This document shows positions 1 through 9,087 of a stretch of DNA of 64,000 nucleotides, in pieces. The notes beneath the pieces are model-generated. The model did not search any database. It was given only the letters and a program-made list of their open reading frames with translations, and was not told where the DNA came from. The stretch lies in NCBI GenBank assembly GCA_031411035.1, contig JANOAJ010000069.1:16185-80184 (forward strand), given 5' to 3'. The DNA is from Sphingomonadales bacterium (lineage in GTDB: Bacteria; Pseudomonadota; Alphaproteobacteria; Sphingomonadales; Sphingomonadaceae). The position numbers and the translations under genes were made by a program. Position 1 is the stretch's first letter, and each line of letters begins with the position of its first letter.

Positions 1-88
1 GCTCAAGCAAGGTCACATCGCGCGCATCGAGTGCGGCGAGCAGCGCAGCCTGACAATCGATCAGCCGGTCAAGCGTGGTCGCGCTCAT
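1..88 (-). CDS. flgN: FlgN-like flagellar chaperone, N-terminal part (runs off the window's left edge)
   Basis: Hand translation from ATG at 88: MSATTLDRLIDCQAALLAALDARDVTLLE. Start overlaps the flgM stop; canonical flgM-flgN position. Confidence 0.6.
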   Translation of the reverse strand, partial: MSATTLDRLIDCQAALLAALDARDVTLLE

Positions 89-369
89 GCTTTTGCAGAC
101 TGCCCGAAGTTGAGAATGGCCTTCGCAATGGCGCCGGTATCAATCTGATAGGAACGCTGGGCAATGGCCTGGCGCACCTGTGCAATCCGGACATAATCCA
201 CCGGCGGCCCCTGTTCCTGAAGTTGTTGCGCCAGATTGACGAGCTTTGGCAGACTGGGCCCGGCAGCCGCCGCCTGGGGTTCTGCCGTTGAACGCCGCGC
301 TGCCTGCGAAGACACATCGACCTTCGTCTGCACCCGGCCTACCGGGTGAAAGCTGACAGGATCAACCAT
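85..369 (-). CDS. flgM: Anti-sigma28 factor FlgM
   Basis: 94 aa; C-terminal PPVDYVRIAQVRQAIAQRSYQIDTGAIAKAIL matches the FlgM motif; follows flgA. Confidence 0.9.
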   Translation of the reverse strand: MVDPVSFHPVGRVQTKVDVSSQAARRSTAEPQAAAAGPSLPKLVNLAQQLQEQGPPVDYVRIAQVRQAIAQRSYQIDTGAIAKAILNFGQSAKA

Positions 370-427
370 CGTCTTTTCCCTTCACATCATGTTCCCTGTC
401 GGAATAGTGACAGGCTGTTGTGAATGA

Positions 428-454
428 ATAACGGCAGCGGTATGCGATTGTTTA
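428..454 (-). promoter_or_regulatory. sigma28 (FliA)-type promoter for flgM
   Basis: Minus strand TAAA-N15-GCCGTTAT. Confidence 0.8.
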
Positions 455-1033
455 GCGGGAAATCCGCACTTCCCCGGTACTGGAAACCATGGCTGTAACC
501 GGGGCTGCCGCCGTCAAGGTCTTGACACGGATCGTTGCGCCTGCGGCACCATCATCCATTGCGGTTCCAGGCGCGGTTGCCGCAAAGCCTTCCCCTTCAT
601 AGATCAGCTCCACAACATCGCCGCGACGCACCAGCGGAGCAGCGGCTGCATCAGGCAATCGGCGCGAGGCCGCCACCAGCGGTACACGGATGCGCCAGCC
701 GACCGACGGACAGCGAATGGCAACGGCGTCCATCTGTGGCGCGTCAATAACAGCCCTTTCCGGGCATCTGGCAAGCCGCATGCGGACATCAAGCTTTCCC
801 GCCGCGCCGCCGGGCTGGCCCATTGGCACGCCCGTCACATCCGCTACGCGCGCGTCCAGCGCGGCCAGATCCTCCATCGGGATCGCAGGCTCGGCGCGGG
901 CGAGCGGCGTCACAAGACCAGAAAGCGAAAGCGCCGCAAGCAGAAGCGCGGGGTAGCGGTAGCCCGTCGGCCTGCGCGGTGCGCGCGCAGCCGCATATCG
1001 GCGTTCTGCAGGGGCCAATCGCGTTTGTGTCAT
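452..1033 (-). CDS. flgA: P-ring assembly chaperone FlgA
   Basis: Signal-like segment plus SAF-like PLVRRGDVVELIYEGEGF...GTAMDDGAAGATIRV; divergent from flgB; start placed at ATG 1033, downstream of a sigma54 site. Confidence 0.85.
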   Translation of the reverse strand: MTQTRLAPAERRYAAARAPRRPTGYRYPALLLAALSLSGLVTPLARAEPAIPMEDLAALDARVADVTGVPMGQPGGAAGKLDVRMRLARCPERAVIDAPQMDAVAIRCPSVGWRIRVPLVAASRRLPDAAAAPLVRRGDVVELIYEGEGFAATAPGTAMDDGAAGATIRVKTLTAAAPVTAMVSSTGEVRISR

Positions 1034-1079
1034 TCCGGTCACTGATGTTGCTCCACCGATTTGAGTTCCCGGCGCATCT

Positions 1080-1095
1080 CGCAAAAGCTGTGCCA
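1080..1095 (-). promoter_or_regulatory. sigma54 promoter for flgA
   Basis: Minus strand TGGCAC-AGCTT-TTGCG (-24/-12 consensus). Confidence 0.8.
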
Positions 1096-1226
1096 ACCGC
1101 GGATTGTTGCGGCAGCCGCTCCCCAGGATCATGCAGTGTCAAATTTCCGACACCGCATCTGTCAAACAATTGATCCTCCGCTCGCATGGCCCGAGAATCG
1201 CCGAAAAACGGGGGATAAACACATTC

Positions 1227-1242
1227 TGGCACGCTCTTTGCT
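1227..1242 (+). promoter_or_regulatory. sigma54 promoter for the flgB operon
   Basis: TGGCAC-GCTCT-TTGCT, perfect -24/-12 consensus. Confidence 0.9.
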
Positions 1243-1315
1243 TAGCTTGTCTCGCCTGCCTGACCCGCCGTCTCCTGTTCCGGTGCCGGTCAGGCAGCAG
1301 CAAAGGAATTTGGCT

Positions 1316-1657
1316 ATGCCTGCGATGGACGAACTTTTTGGAATTCATGCGACCGCGCTACAGTTGCGTCAGCAACGCATGTCGATGCTCGCATCCAATA
1401 TCGCCAACGCGTCCACGCCCAATTACAAGGCGCGCGACCTGGATTTCAGCGCGGCGCTGCAACTGGCCGAGGATCACCGATCCACAGATGCCGCCATCAA
1501 ATATCGCGTGCCCGTGCAGGCATCGCTGGATGGCAACACCGTGGAAATGTCCACCGAGCAGACTGCTTTTGCGGAAAACGCGCTCGCCTACCGTTCCAGC
1601 CTTTCGTTTCTTCAGGGCCGGATCGGCACGATCACCCGCGCCCTGAAAGGAGAATAG
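1316..1657 (+). CDS. flgB: Basal-body rod protein FlgB
   Basis: LASNIANASTPNYKARDLDF and SLDGNTVE motifs; start trimmed to ATG 1316 (or 1325). Confidence 0.95.
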   Translation: MPAMDELFGIHATALQLRQQRMSMLASNIANASTPNYKARDLDFSAALQLAEDHRSTDAAIKYRVPVQASLDGNTVEMSTEQTAFAENALAYRSSLSFLQGRIGTITRALKGE

Positions 1658-1659
1658 AT

Positions 1660-2064
1660 ATGGGTCAGCCCCTTTCCGTCTTTGATATCAGCGGGCGGGC
1701 CATGTCTGCCCAGTTGATCCGGCTGAATACCACGGCATCGAACCTGGCCAATGCCGGTTCGGTTTCCGGATCCGAAGCCACTGCCTTTCGTTCGCTCAAG
1801 CCCGTGTTCCGCACGGTCATGGGCGAACAAGGCCAGGCAACCGTGGATGTTGACCGGGTGGTGACAACCGAAACACCGCCCAGCAAACGCCACGACCCCT
1901 CCCATCCGCTTGCCGATGCCAATGGCGATGTGTGGGAAGCCTCCGTCGATAGCGCCGCCGAAATGGTCGAGATGATCGAAACTGCCCGGCAATATCAAAA
2001 CAATGTCCAGGTTCTGCAAACCGCAAAAAGCCTGATGCTTGATACTCTAAGGATGGGATCATGA
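1660..2064 (+). CDS. flgC: Basal-body rod protein FlgC
   Basis: RLNTTASNLANA; HDPSHPLADANGDV; EMVEMIETARQYQNN. Confidence 0.95.
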   Translation: MGQPLSVFDISGRAMSAQLIRLNTTASNLANAGSVSGSEATAFRSLKPVFRTVMGEQGQATVDVDRVVTTETPPSKRHDPSHPLADANGDVWEASVDSAAEMVEMIETARQYQNNVQVLQTAKSLMLDTLRMGS

Positions 2065-2363
2065 ACATAACTTCCGCAACAAACCAAAGCGTTGTCATCC
2101 AGCCTGCGGGCAGCACCAACAAGTCGCTCGACCAGACGGCGTTCCTGCGCCTGATGACGACGCAGCTGAAAGAGCAAGACCCGTTCAATCCGATGGATAA
2201 CACGCAAATGGTCGCCCAGATGGCGCAGTTTTCCAGCGTGACCGGCATTTCGGAAATGAACACCTCGCTCAAATCCATCGCGACGCAGCTTTCGGCACAA
2301 ACCGCGCTGCTGACTGACATCAAGACCGCAACCGCAACCCCCGCGGCCAGCATCACTGCCTAA
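2061..2363 (+). CDS. flgD: Hook-capping protein FlgD (short, N-terminal domain only)
   Basis: FLRLMTTQLKEQDPFNPMDNTQMVAQMAQFS; only 100 aa. Confidence 0.9.
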   Translation: MNITSATNQSVVIQPAGSTNKSLDQTAFLRLMTTQLKEQDPFNPMDNTQMVAQMAQFSSVTGISEMNTSLKSIATQLSAQTALLTDIKTATATPAASITA

Positions 2364-2374
2364 GGAGCACCATC

Positions 2375-3202
2375 ATGTCTTTTTACACCTCTCTGTCCGG
2401 CCTCAAGGGCGCCCAGACCGATCTGGCGACAATTTCGAACAACCTGGCGAACGTCAGTTCAACCGGCTTCAAGAAGAGCCGCGCCCAGTTCGGCGATCTT
2501 TTCGCGAGTTCCCCGACGCAGACCACCAAGCTGATCGCGGGCCAGGGTTCGCGCCTCAACAGTGTCGCGCAGCAGTTCACGCAAGGCACGCTGGAAGGCA
2601 CGGACAAGACACTTGACCTTGCCATTGCCGGCGAAGGCTATTTCGTGGTGAAGGGCGATCCGCCACGCCAGGAAGTGTCCTACACCCGCAACGGTGCCAT
2701 TCAGGTCGATACGCGCCGCCATGTCGTTGATACCACGGGCGCGACTTTGCAGTTGCTTCCCGTCGATGCGAATGGTGACGTGACCTCCACAAGCCTGTCA
2801 GGTGCAAGCGATTTCGTTTTGCCCGCAAGTTCGCCAACCGACCCCAATGTGGCGCTGGTCAATGTCTCGATCGGCATTGATGGTCTGGTGACCGCCACCT
2901 ACGCAGACGGATCGGATGAAAAGCTGGGCAAGGTAACAATGGCCAGCTTTGTGGCGCAGGAAGGTCTGCGGCCAATTGGCGACAGCCACTGGCAATCGAC
3001 CGGTGACAGCGGCCAGCCTTCGATCAACGCCGCCACCAACGGCCCCCTGGGCACAATCCGTTCCGGAGCGCTTGAACGCGCCAATGTTGACGTCACGGAA
3101 GAACTGGTCGCGCTGATTGCCGCCCAGCGCAATTTTCAGGCGAATGCCAAGGCCATCGAGACGGCGAACAACATGACCCAGACGATTTTCAACCTCAACT
3201 AA
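2375..3202 (+). CDS. flgE: Flagellar hook protein FlgE (compact, 275 aa)
   Basis: MSFYTSLSGL...ISNNLANVSSTGFKKSRAQFGD; ANVDVTEELVALIAAQRNFQANAK; lies between flgD and flgF. Confidence 0.88.
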   Translation: MSFYTSLSGLKGAQTDLATISNNLANVSSTGFKKSRAQFGDLFASSPTQTTKLIAGQGSRLNSVAQQFTQGTLEGTDKTLDLAIAGEGYFVVKGDPPRQEVSYTRNGAIQVDTRRHVVDTTGATLQLLPVDANGDVTSTSLSGASDFVLPASSPTDPNVALVNVSIGIDGLVTATYADGSDEKLGKVTMASFVAQEGLRPIGDSHWQSTGDSGQPSINAATNGPLGTIRSGALERANVDVTEELVALIAAQRNFQANAKAIETANNMTQTIFNLN

Positions 3203-3213
3203 GGCCAGTCTGA

Positions 3214-3957
3214 ATGGATCGCCTTATCTATACCAGCCTAACCGCCATGCGGGGATCGATGGCGCGGCAGACCGCCGTTGCCAACAACCTCGCCAACGCC
3301 GAAACGCCCGGCTTCCGCCGCGACGTTTCGGAAGCGGAGGCCGTGTGGATGCACGGCACCGGGCTCGACAGCCGCGCAATGGCATCGCAGGAAGTGATCG
3401 CCGCCGACATGACCGCAGGCACAGTCATCAGCACCGGGCGTGAGCTTGATATCGCGATGAATGCCGATGCGCTTCTCGTCGTCCAGTCCGAAAGCGGCGA
3501 AGAAGGATATACCCGCCGGGGGGATCTGCAAATCGGGGATTCCGGGCTGCTCGTCAACGGCGATGGCCATCCGGTAATGGGCACCCAGGGGCCGATCACT
3601 CTCCCGCCCTATGACAGCGTCAGTATAGACGCTGAGGGGCGGATCAGCATCGTCCCGCGCGGCGGCGATCCGGCGCAACCGCAGGAAGTTGACCGACTGC
3701 GGCTGGTCTCTCCGGGCGGAAAGGCGCTGGCAAAGGATCTGGGCGGGCTGTTCCACGTCAAGGATGGCTCCATACTTGCCGACGATCCTGACGCCCGCCT
3801 GATAACCGCCCACCTCGAAGGGTCGAACGTCTCTGCCACGGAATCGCTGGTCAACATGATCGATGCAAGCCGCGCATGGGACAATCAGTTGAAGCTGCTG
3901 AGCGACGCACGCGACATGGATACAGCCACCGCCGATCTGATGCGGCTGCCAGACTAA
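3214..3957 (+). CDS. flgF: Basal-body rod protein FlgF
   Basis: MDRLIYTSL...ANNLANAETPGFR; EGYTRRGDL; LEGSNV. Confidence 0.95.
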   Translation: MDRLIYTSLTAMRGSMARQTAVANNLANAETPGFRRDVSEAEAVWMHGTGLDSRAMASQEVIAADMTAGTVISTGRELDIAMNADALLVVQSESGEEGYTRRGDLQIGDSGLLVNGDGHPVMGTQGPITLPPYDSVSIDAEGRISIVPRGGDPAQPQEVDRLRLVSPGGKALAKDLGGLFHVKDGSILADDPDARLITAHLEGSNVSATESLVNMIDASRAWDNQLKLLSDARDMDTATADLMRLPD

Positions 3958-3969
3958 GGAATTATTGAA

Positions 3970-4758
3970 ATGACAAATGGAGCCCTTCATGTCGCCCGCA
4001 CGGGTCTGGACGCCCAGAACGCCCGGATGCAGGTGATCGCCAACAACCTGGCAAACGTCAACACGGTCGGCTTCAAGCGCGACCGCGCGAATTTCGAGAC
4101 GCTGGCCTATCAGACCATCGTCAGCGCGGGCGCGCCCTCTTCAGCCCAGAACCGCTTCGCCACAGGCTTGAACCTGGGAACGGGCGTGAAAGTGGCTGGC
4201 ACCGCCCGCATCGACACGCAAGGATCGCTGACCACCACCGACAACCCCCTGGATCTGGCGATCGAGGGCAGCGGCTATTTTCAGGTGCAGATGCCGGACG
4301 GGCGCACTGCCTATACCCGCGCCGGGGATTTCAGCCGCTCGCCTGACGGAACCATTGTCACATCCGATGGCAAGCCGCTGATTCCGCAGATCCAGATACC
4401 CGACACGGCCACATCCGTTTCCATCGCGGCGGACGGCACGGTTTCCGCCCAACTGGATGGCCAGACGGAATCGGTCGAGCTGGGCAAGATTGAAACCGCA
4501 AGGTTTGCCAACGCTGCCGGCCTGCAATCGCTCGGCAACAATCTTTTGGCGGAAACGTCGGCTTCGGGCGCACCACAAGTGGGTGCTGCGGGAGAATCCG
4601 GGCGCGGCAACATCCGTTCCGGTTCACTAGAGGCCTCCAACGTGAACGTTGTCGAAGAGCTTGTGGACATGATCGAGACGCAGCGCGCCTATGAAGTGAA
4701 CAGCAAGATGATCCAGTCCACTGACGAAATGCTGCGTAATGCCAACCAGCAGCTTTAA
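3970..4758 (+). CDS. flgG: Distal rod protein FlgG
   Basis: VIANNLANVNTVGFKRDRANFETLAYQ; LEASNVNVVEELVDMIETQRAYEVNSK. Confidence 0.97.
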   Translation: MTNGALHVARTGLDAQNARMQVIANNLANVNTVGFKRDRANFETLAYQTIVSAGAPSSAQNRFATGLNLGTGVKVAGTARIDTQGSLTTTDNPLDLAIEGSGYFQVQMPDGRTAYTRAGDFSRSPDGTIVTSDGKPLIPQIQIPDTATSVSIAADGTVSAQLDGQTESVELGKIETARFANAAGLQSLGNNLLAETSASGAPQVGAAGESGRGNIRSGSLEASNVNVVEELVDMIETQRAYEVNSKMIQSTDEMLRNANQQL

Positions 4759-5428
4759 ACCCGCGCCCGGCACCGCACCGCTGCGCATCATCTGCGTCGC
4801 GGCAGTGATGCTGTGCGCGCCATCCCCCGTCCTCGCGAAAAGGGCAGTGGAGACATTCCTGCCGGCGCCGCCACCTGTGGCCGCCCCCCTTGCCGCCAAT
4901 GGCGCGATTTTCGCTGCGGGTGCCTATGCGCCGCTGACTTCGGGCGCGCGGGCATCGCAAGTGGGCGACATTGTCACCATCGTTCTGGTCGAACGGACAA
5001 GCGCCAGCAAGTCCAGCACGGCGGCCACCGATCATTCCGGCAGCATCGGCCTGACGCCGCCGACAACCGGACCGCTCAGCTTTTTCAAGCCCTCCGATGT
5101 AAATGCCAGCGGCACGCAGTCGTTTAAGGGAAAGGGCGAGACCGCCCAGTCCAACACGTTGAGTGGAGAAGTGAGCGTGACCATTGCCGCCATCTACCCC
5201 AACGGCACCATGCTGGTGCGGGGTGAAAAGCAACTGACGCTCAATCGTGGTGACGAGCATATCCAGATTTCCGGGATCGTGCGCGGATCAGACATTGACC
5301 CTGAAAACCGGGTGCTTTCCACGCGCGTGGCGAACGCCCGCATCTTCTATACCGGCAAGGGCGAAATCGCCCGGGCCAGCCGCCAGGGCTGGCTGCAGCG
5401 CTTCTTTTCCCGGGTGAGCCCTTTCTGA
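4739..5428 (+). CDS. flgH: L-ring protein FlgH
   Basis: RASQVGDIVTIVLVE; PNGTMLVRGEKQL; GWLQRFF..SPF C-terminus. Confidence 0.93.
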   Translation: MPTSSFKPAPGTAPLRIICVAAVMLCAPSPVLAKRAVETFLPAPPPVAAPLAANGAIFAAGAYAPLTSGARASQVGDIVTIVLVERTSASKSSTAATDHSGSIGLTPPTTGPLSFFKPSDVNASGTQSFKGKGETAQSNTLSGEVSVTIAAIYPNGTMLVRGEKQLTLNRGDEHIQISGIVRGSDIDPENRVLSTRVANARIFYTGKGEIARASRQGWLQRFFSRVSPF

Positions 5429-6543
5429 TGGCCCGTCCCCAGCCCCACCGGATCATCGCGTGCCTTGGCGCGCTGCTGTGCATCTGCCTTGGCCTGCCCG
5501 TGCATGCCGAGCGGATCAAGGATATGGGCACCTTTCAGGGGCTTCGGTCCAACCAGTTGACAGGATATGGCATTGTCGTCGGGCTTGCCGGAACCGGCGA
5601 TGACAGCCTTGAATATGCAACCTTGGGCGTCAAAGGCGCGGTTTCCCGCTTTGGCCTGACATTGCCGCCGGGCACCAATCCATCGCTCAAGAATGTGGCC
5701 GCCGTTCTGGTAACGGCAGATCTGCCCCCCTTCGCCAAGCCCGGCCAGCGGCTGGACATCACCGTGTCCGCCATGGGCAAGGCAAAAAGCCTGCGCGGCG
5801 GCACGCTGATCATGGCCCCGCTCTACGGTGCGGATGGGCAGATCTATGCGATGGCGCAAGGCAATCTGGTGATTGGCGGCCTGGGTGTTGAGGCGGGAGA
5901 CGGATCGAAAGTGTCCGTAAACGTGCCTTCAGCAGGCCGCATCGATGGCGGTGCCACAGTGGAACGGGCGGTTGATACCGGCTTTGCAACAAGCCCGCAG
6001 TTGACCTTCAATCTGGCCGAACAGGATCTGACCAATGCCGAACGGATCGCCGATGCCATAAACAAGGCATTGGGCACCGGCACGGCCCAGGCAAGCGATG
6101 GCGGGTCAATCGCCATTTCGCCCCCCGATGGCGCTCAGGCCCGTGTGCGGATGATGAGCCTCATTGAAAATCTGGAAATCAATCCGGCGGAGCCGCCTGC
6201 CCGCGTGATCGTCAACGCGCGCACTGGCACGGTTGTGATCAACGGCGCGGTGCGGGTGGGTATGGCGGCTGTCAGCCACGGGAAGATTACCGTGCGCGTC
6301 GATGAAAAGCCCAGCATCGTGCAACCGGCTCCCTTTAGCCGCGGCCAGACCGCTGTTCAGCCTTCAAGCGATATCAGGATCGAGGAAACCCAGAAACCCG
6401 CGTTCCTGATCCAGCGCGGCGCATCGCTTTCCGATATTGTGAAAGCCATCAACCGGATCGGTGCGTCACCCGGCGATCTTGTCGCCATCCTTGAAGCGCT
6501 CAAACAGGCAGGCGCGCTGAAAGCGGAGTTGATCGTGATATGA
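5428..6543 (+). CDS. flgI: P-ring protein FlgI
   Basis: ERIKD...RSNQLTGYGIVVGLAGTGD; LEALKQAGALKAEL. Confidence 0.97.
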   Translation: MARPQPHRIIACLGALLCICLGLPVHAERIKDMGTFQGLRSNQLTGYGIVVGLAGTGDDSLEYATLGVKGAVSRFGLTLPPGTNPSLKNVAAVLVTADLPPFAKPGQRLDITVSAMGKAKSLRGGTLIMAPLYGADGQIYAMAQGNLVIGGLGVEAGDGSKVSVNVPSAGRIDGGATVERAVDTGFATSPQLTFNLAEQDLTNAERIADAINKALGTGTAQASDGGSIAISPPDGAQARVRMMSLIENLEINPAEPPARVIVNARTGTVVINGAVRVGMAAVSHGKITVRVDEKPSIVQPAPFSRGQTAVQPSSDIRIEETQKPAFLIQRGASLSDIVKAINRIGASPGDLVAILEALKQAGALKAELIVI

Positions 6544-6827
6544 TTGCATCCCCTTCCCTCGCCACCAAAATCACCCCTTCGCCCAAAGCCCCGGCGAAGG
6601 GGGATCTGCATGCCGCCGCCCAGAAATTCGAGGCGGTGTTCCTGCGTGAGCTGATCGGTTCCATGCGCAAGGCCAAGCTGGCCGATGACGTGTTCGGATC
6701 CAGCGCCACAGACAGCTTCCGCGAAATGGCCGACGCGCGCACAGCAGACAGCATGGCAGGCCTTGGCCAGTTCGGCATCGCCACCCTGCTGGAAAAGCAG
6801 TTTGCTGGCAAAGGCGGTAAGGCATGA
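6540..6827 (+). CDS. flgJ: Rod-capping FlgJ (rod-binding domain only, no muramidase)
   Basis: AAQKFEAVFLRELIGSMRKA; 95 aa. Confidence 0.88.
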   Translation: MIASPSLATKITPSPKAPAKGDLHAAAQKFEAVFLRELIGSMRKAKLADDVFGSSATDSFREMADARTADSMAGLGQFGIATLLEKQFAGKGGKA

Positions 6828-8161
6828 CGGATCTGATCAGCATCGGCGCTTCGGGCGTCAAGGCCTATACGGCGGCCCTTTCCACGATTGGCGACAATAT
6901 CGCCAACTCCCAGACCGCAGGTTACGCCCGGCGTGCGATCCGCACCGAAGAAGTGCCCGCTGGCGGCGATGTCGTGCTGTTCCGCAACCAAGTGCGCCCC
7001 GGTGGCGTGCTGGCCACTGGCGTCACGCGCACTATCGACACATGGCTCGTCAGCGACGCGCGGGTCGCGGAAGGCGAGGCAGGCCGCACGTCTTCACGCC
7101 TGAGCTGGCTGGAATCAGCCGAGCGCGCGCTGGGTGACGGTGGCAATGGCGTGGGCAGCAGCCTGACCGATGTGTTCAACGCGGCGGACAGGTTATCTTC
7201 CAACCCGTCCGACAGGACCATGCGCTCTGCCTTCCTGCAAGCTGCCGATACTGCCGCAGCGACATTCCGGCGCACGGCCGACGGGCTTGAACGTACCGCC
7301 AGTGCCATCGGCACAGATGCCAGCGGCACTGTGGATCAGCTGAATTCGGATTTGAAAGCACTGGAGCGCGTGAATGACGGCCTGCGCCGCGCGCGCGCCG
7401 ATTCCACCAATCAGGCAAGCCTGCTGGACGAGCGGGACCGGCTGGTTGACCGGATTTCCGGTACCGTCTCCGTAACCGCCGACTTTGACGCGCGCGGCGT
7501 CACCACGCTGAAGTTGCCCGCGCCTTCAGGCGCACCGCTGGTTGCCTCTGGCGCTGTGGATCAGGTTGCCACGGTTGTTCAGCCCAACGGCACCCTCGCC
7601 TTCGCCCTTGTATCGGGTGGCAGCTTCGCGCCGACAACTGGCAAGCTTGCCGGGCTTGCGGACGCGGCAACCGACGTTGCCGGCCGACGCACCAGCCTGG
7701 ATGCCATCGCCATCCAGTTCGGCACCGAAATGAACGCGGCGCATCAGGCGGGTACTGATGCACAAGGCAATGCCGGCGTGCCCCTGTTCGATATCAGCGG
7801 CGCATCTGCTGCGACGATTGCCGCGATTGCGCTTGATCCTTCGCAAGTGGCCGCTGCGGATACGAGCAGCGCCAACGGCAATCTGCTTGCTCTGTCCGGG
7901 TTGCGCGGCGCCAGTGGCACGGAAGCAGCCTGGGCGGCCCTTGCTGCCTCACAGAGTCAGGCGACTGCCAGCGCCCGCGCGCAGGATTCGGCCGCGTCCA
8001 CGCGGCGCGATGGCGCACAGTCTGCGCGAGCGGACGTCAGCGCCGTTGACCTTGATCATGAGGCTGCGGAGCTTTTGCGTTTTCAGCAGGCCTATCAGGG
8101 GTCGGCGCGTGTGCTTCAGGTTGCGCGTGAAACCATGCAGTCCATTCTCAACGCCTTCTGA
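6824..8161 (+). CDS. flgK: Hook-associated protein FlgK
   Basis: TIGDNIANSQTAGYARR; VDLDHEAAELLRFQQAYQGSARV. Confidence 0.95.
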   Translation: MTDLISIGASGVKAYTAALSTIGDNIANSQTAGYARRAIRTEEVPAGGDVVLFRNQVRPGGVLATGVTRTIDTWLVSDARVAEGEAGRTSSRLSWLESAERALGDGGNGVGSSLTDVFNAADRLSSNPSDRTMRSAFLQAADTAAATFRRTADGLERTASAIGTDASGTVDQLNSDLKALERVNDGLRRARADSTNQASLLDERDRLVDRISGTVSVTADFDARGVTTLKLPAPSGAPLVASGAVDQVATVVQPNGTLAFALVSGGSFAPTTGKLAGLADAATDVAGRRTSLDAIAIQFGTEMNAAHQAGTDAQGNAGVPLFDISGASAATIAAIALDPSQVAAADTSSANGNLLALSGLRGASGTEAAWAALAASQSQATASARAQDSAASTRRDGAQSARADVSAVDLDHEAAELLRFQQAYQGSARVLQVARETMQSILNAF

Positions 8162-8172
8162 CGGAACAGATC

Positions 8173-9003
8173 ATGATCTCCGCGACGAACAACCGCATCA
8201 CGCAGGACATCCAGCGTCAGTCCGCGCTGGCAAGTGCGTTGGCGCGCACCCAGGTGGAAATTTCCTCCGGCAAGCGCATCCAGCAGGCTTCAGATGATCC
8301 GGTGGCATCGGCGCGGATTGCTGCGATCCGGCAATCGCAATCCAATCACGCAGCGTGGCAGACCAACCTTCAACTGGGCATCTCCCTTTCGGATCAGGCC
8401 GATGGTGTGATGAAAACGGTAACAGACCGGATGGCGCACGCCCGTGAACTTATGGTGGCCGGGGCGTCGGGGACGCTTTCTGCGTCCGACAGAACAACGA
8501 TGGCAACCGAATTGCGTAGTCTTGCGGCGGAAATGGACAGCCTGGCCAACACCCAGGCATCCACCGGCAACCCCCTGTTCGCTGACGGCCAGGCGCTGAA
8601 GATGCGGTTCAGCGGATCCGACGTGTTCGAACCCGTGCCTTCAAGACAGGACGCGTTCGAAGTCAATGGCGTGTCACTCTCCGCCATCCTCTCAACCGCT
8701 GCGGACGCCTTGCAGGCGGGCAATGCCGCACAGATTGGCACGTCCCTGTCTTCGCTTGAAGCCGGAATTGTGAAAACCGCCGATGTCGCTGCCGATATCG
8801 GCGTACGCGGCAACCGGCTTGCGAATATACGAGACCGGGAAATCGACCATGACATCAACCTCACGGCGGAAAAGTCTGGGCTTGAAGACACGGACATGAA
8901 CGAAGCCATCGCCCGGCTGAACCAGCAGAACCTTACACTTGATGCCGCCAGGGCGGCATTCGCCCGGATCAACCGGCAAACGCTGTTCGATCTGCTTTCC
9001 TGA
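8173..9003 (+). CDS. flgL: Hook-associated protein FlgL
   Basis: ISSGKRIQQASDDPVA; LEDTDMNEAIARL; TLFDLL; follows flgK. Confidence 0.92.
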   Translation: MISATNNRITQDIQRQSALASALARTQVEISSGKRIQQASDDPVASARIAAIRQSQSNHAAWQTNLQLGISLSDQADGVMKTVTDRMAHARELMVAGASGTLSASDRTTMATELRSLAAEMDSLANTQASTGNPLFADGQALKMRFSGSDVFEPVPSRQDAFEVNGVSLSAILSTAADALQAGNAAQIGTSLSSLEAGIVKTADVAADIGVRGNRLANIRDREIDHDINLTAEKSGLEDTDMNEAIARLNQQNLTLDAARAAFARINRQTLFDLLS

Positions 9004-9004
9004 C

Positions 9005-9031
9005 GCAAGTTTTCGCCGCCCGCGCCGTTTA
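9005..9031 (+). promoter_or_regulatory. sigma28-type promoter for motAB
   Basis: GCAAGTTT-N11-GCCGTTTA upstream of motA. Confidence 0.6.
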
Positions 9032-9087
9032 CCATAACAGTCAGCGTTCGCACCGGGCGCGACCGACCATATCAGGGGCCTCACCAT

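Noticed and set aside
1061-1315. Long N-terminal extensions of FlgB (also FlgA, FliN, FliI, wHTH, DUF2126 and MFS) in the ORF track
   Set aside because: Extensions cover promoters or neighbouring genes; family homology starts at the downstream Met
6540-6827. Truncated flgJ pseudogene
   Set aside because: Single-domain FlgJ without muramidase is common in Alphaproteobacteria, and the gene is translationally coupled on both sides
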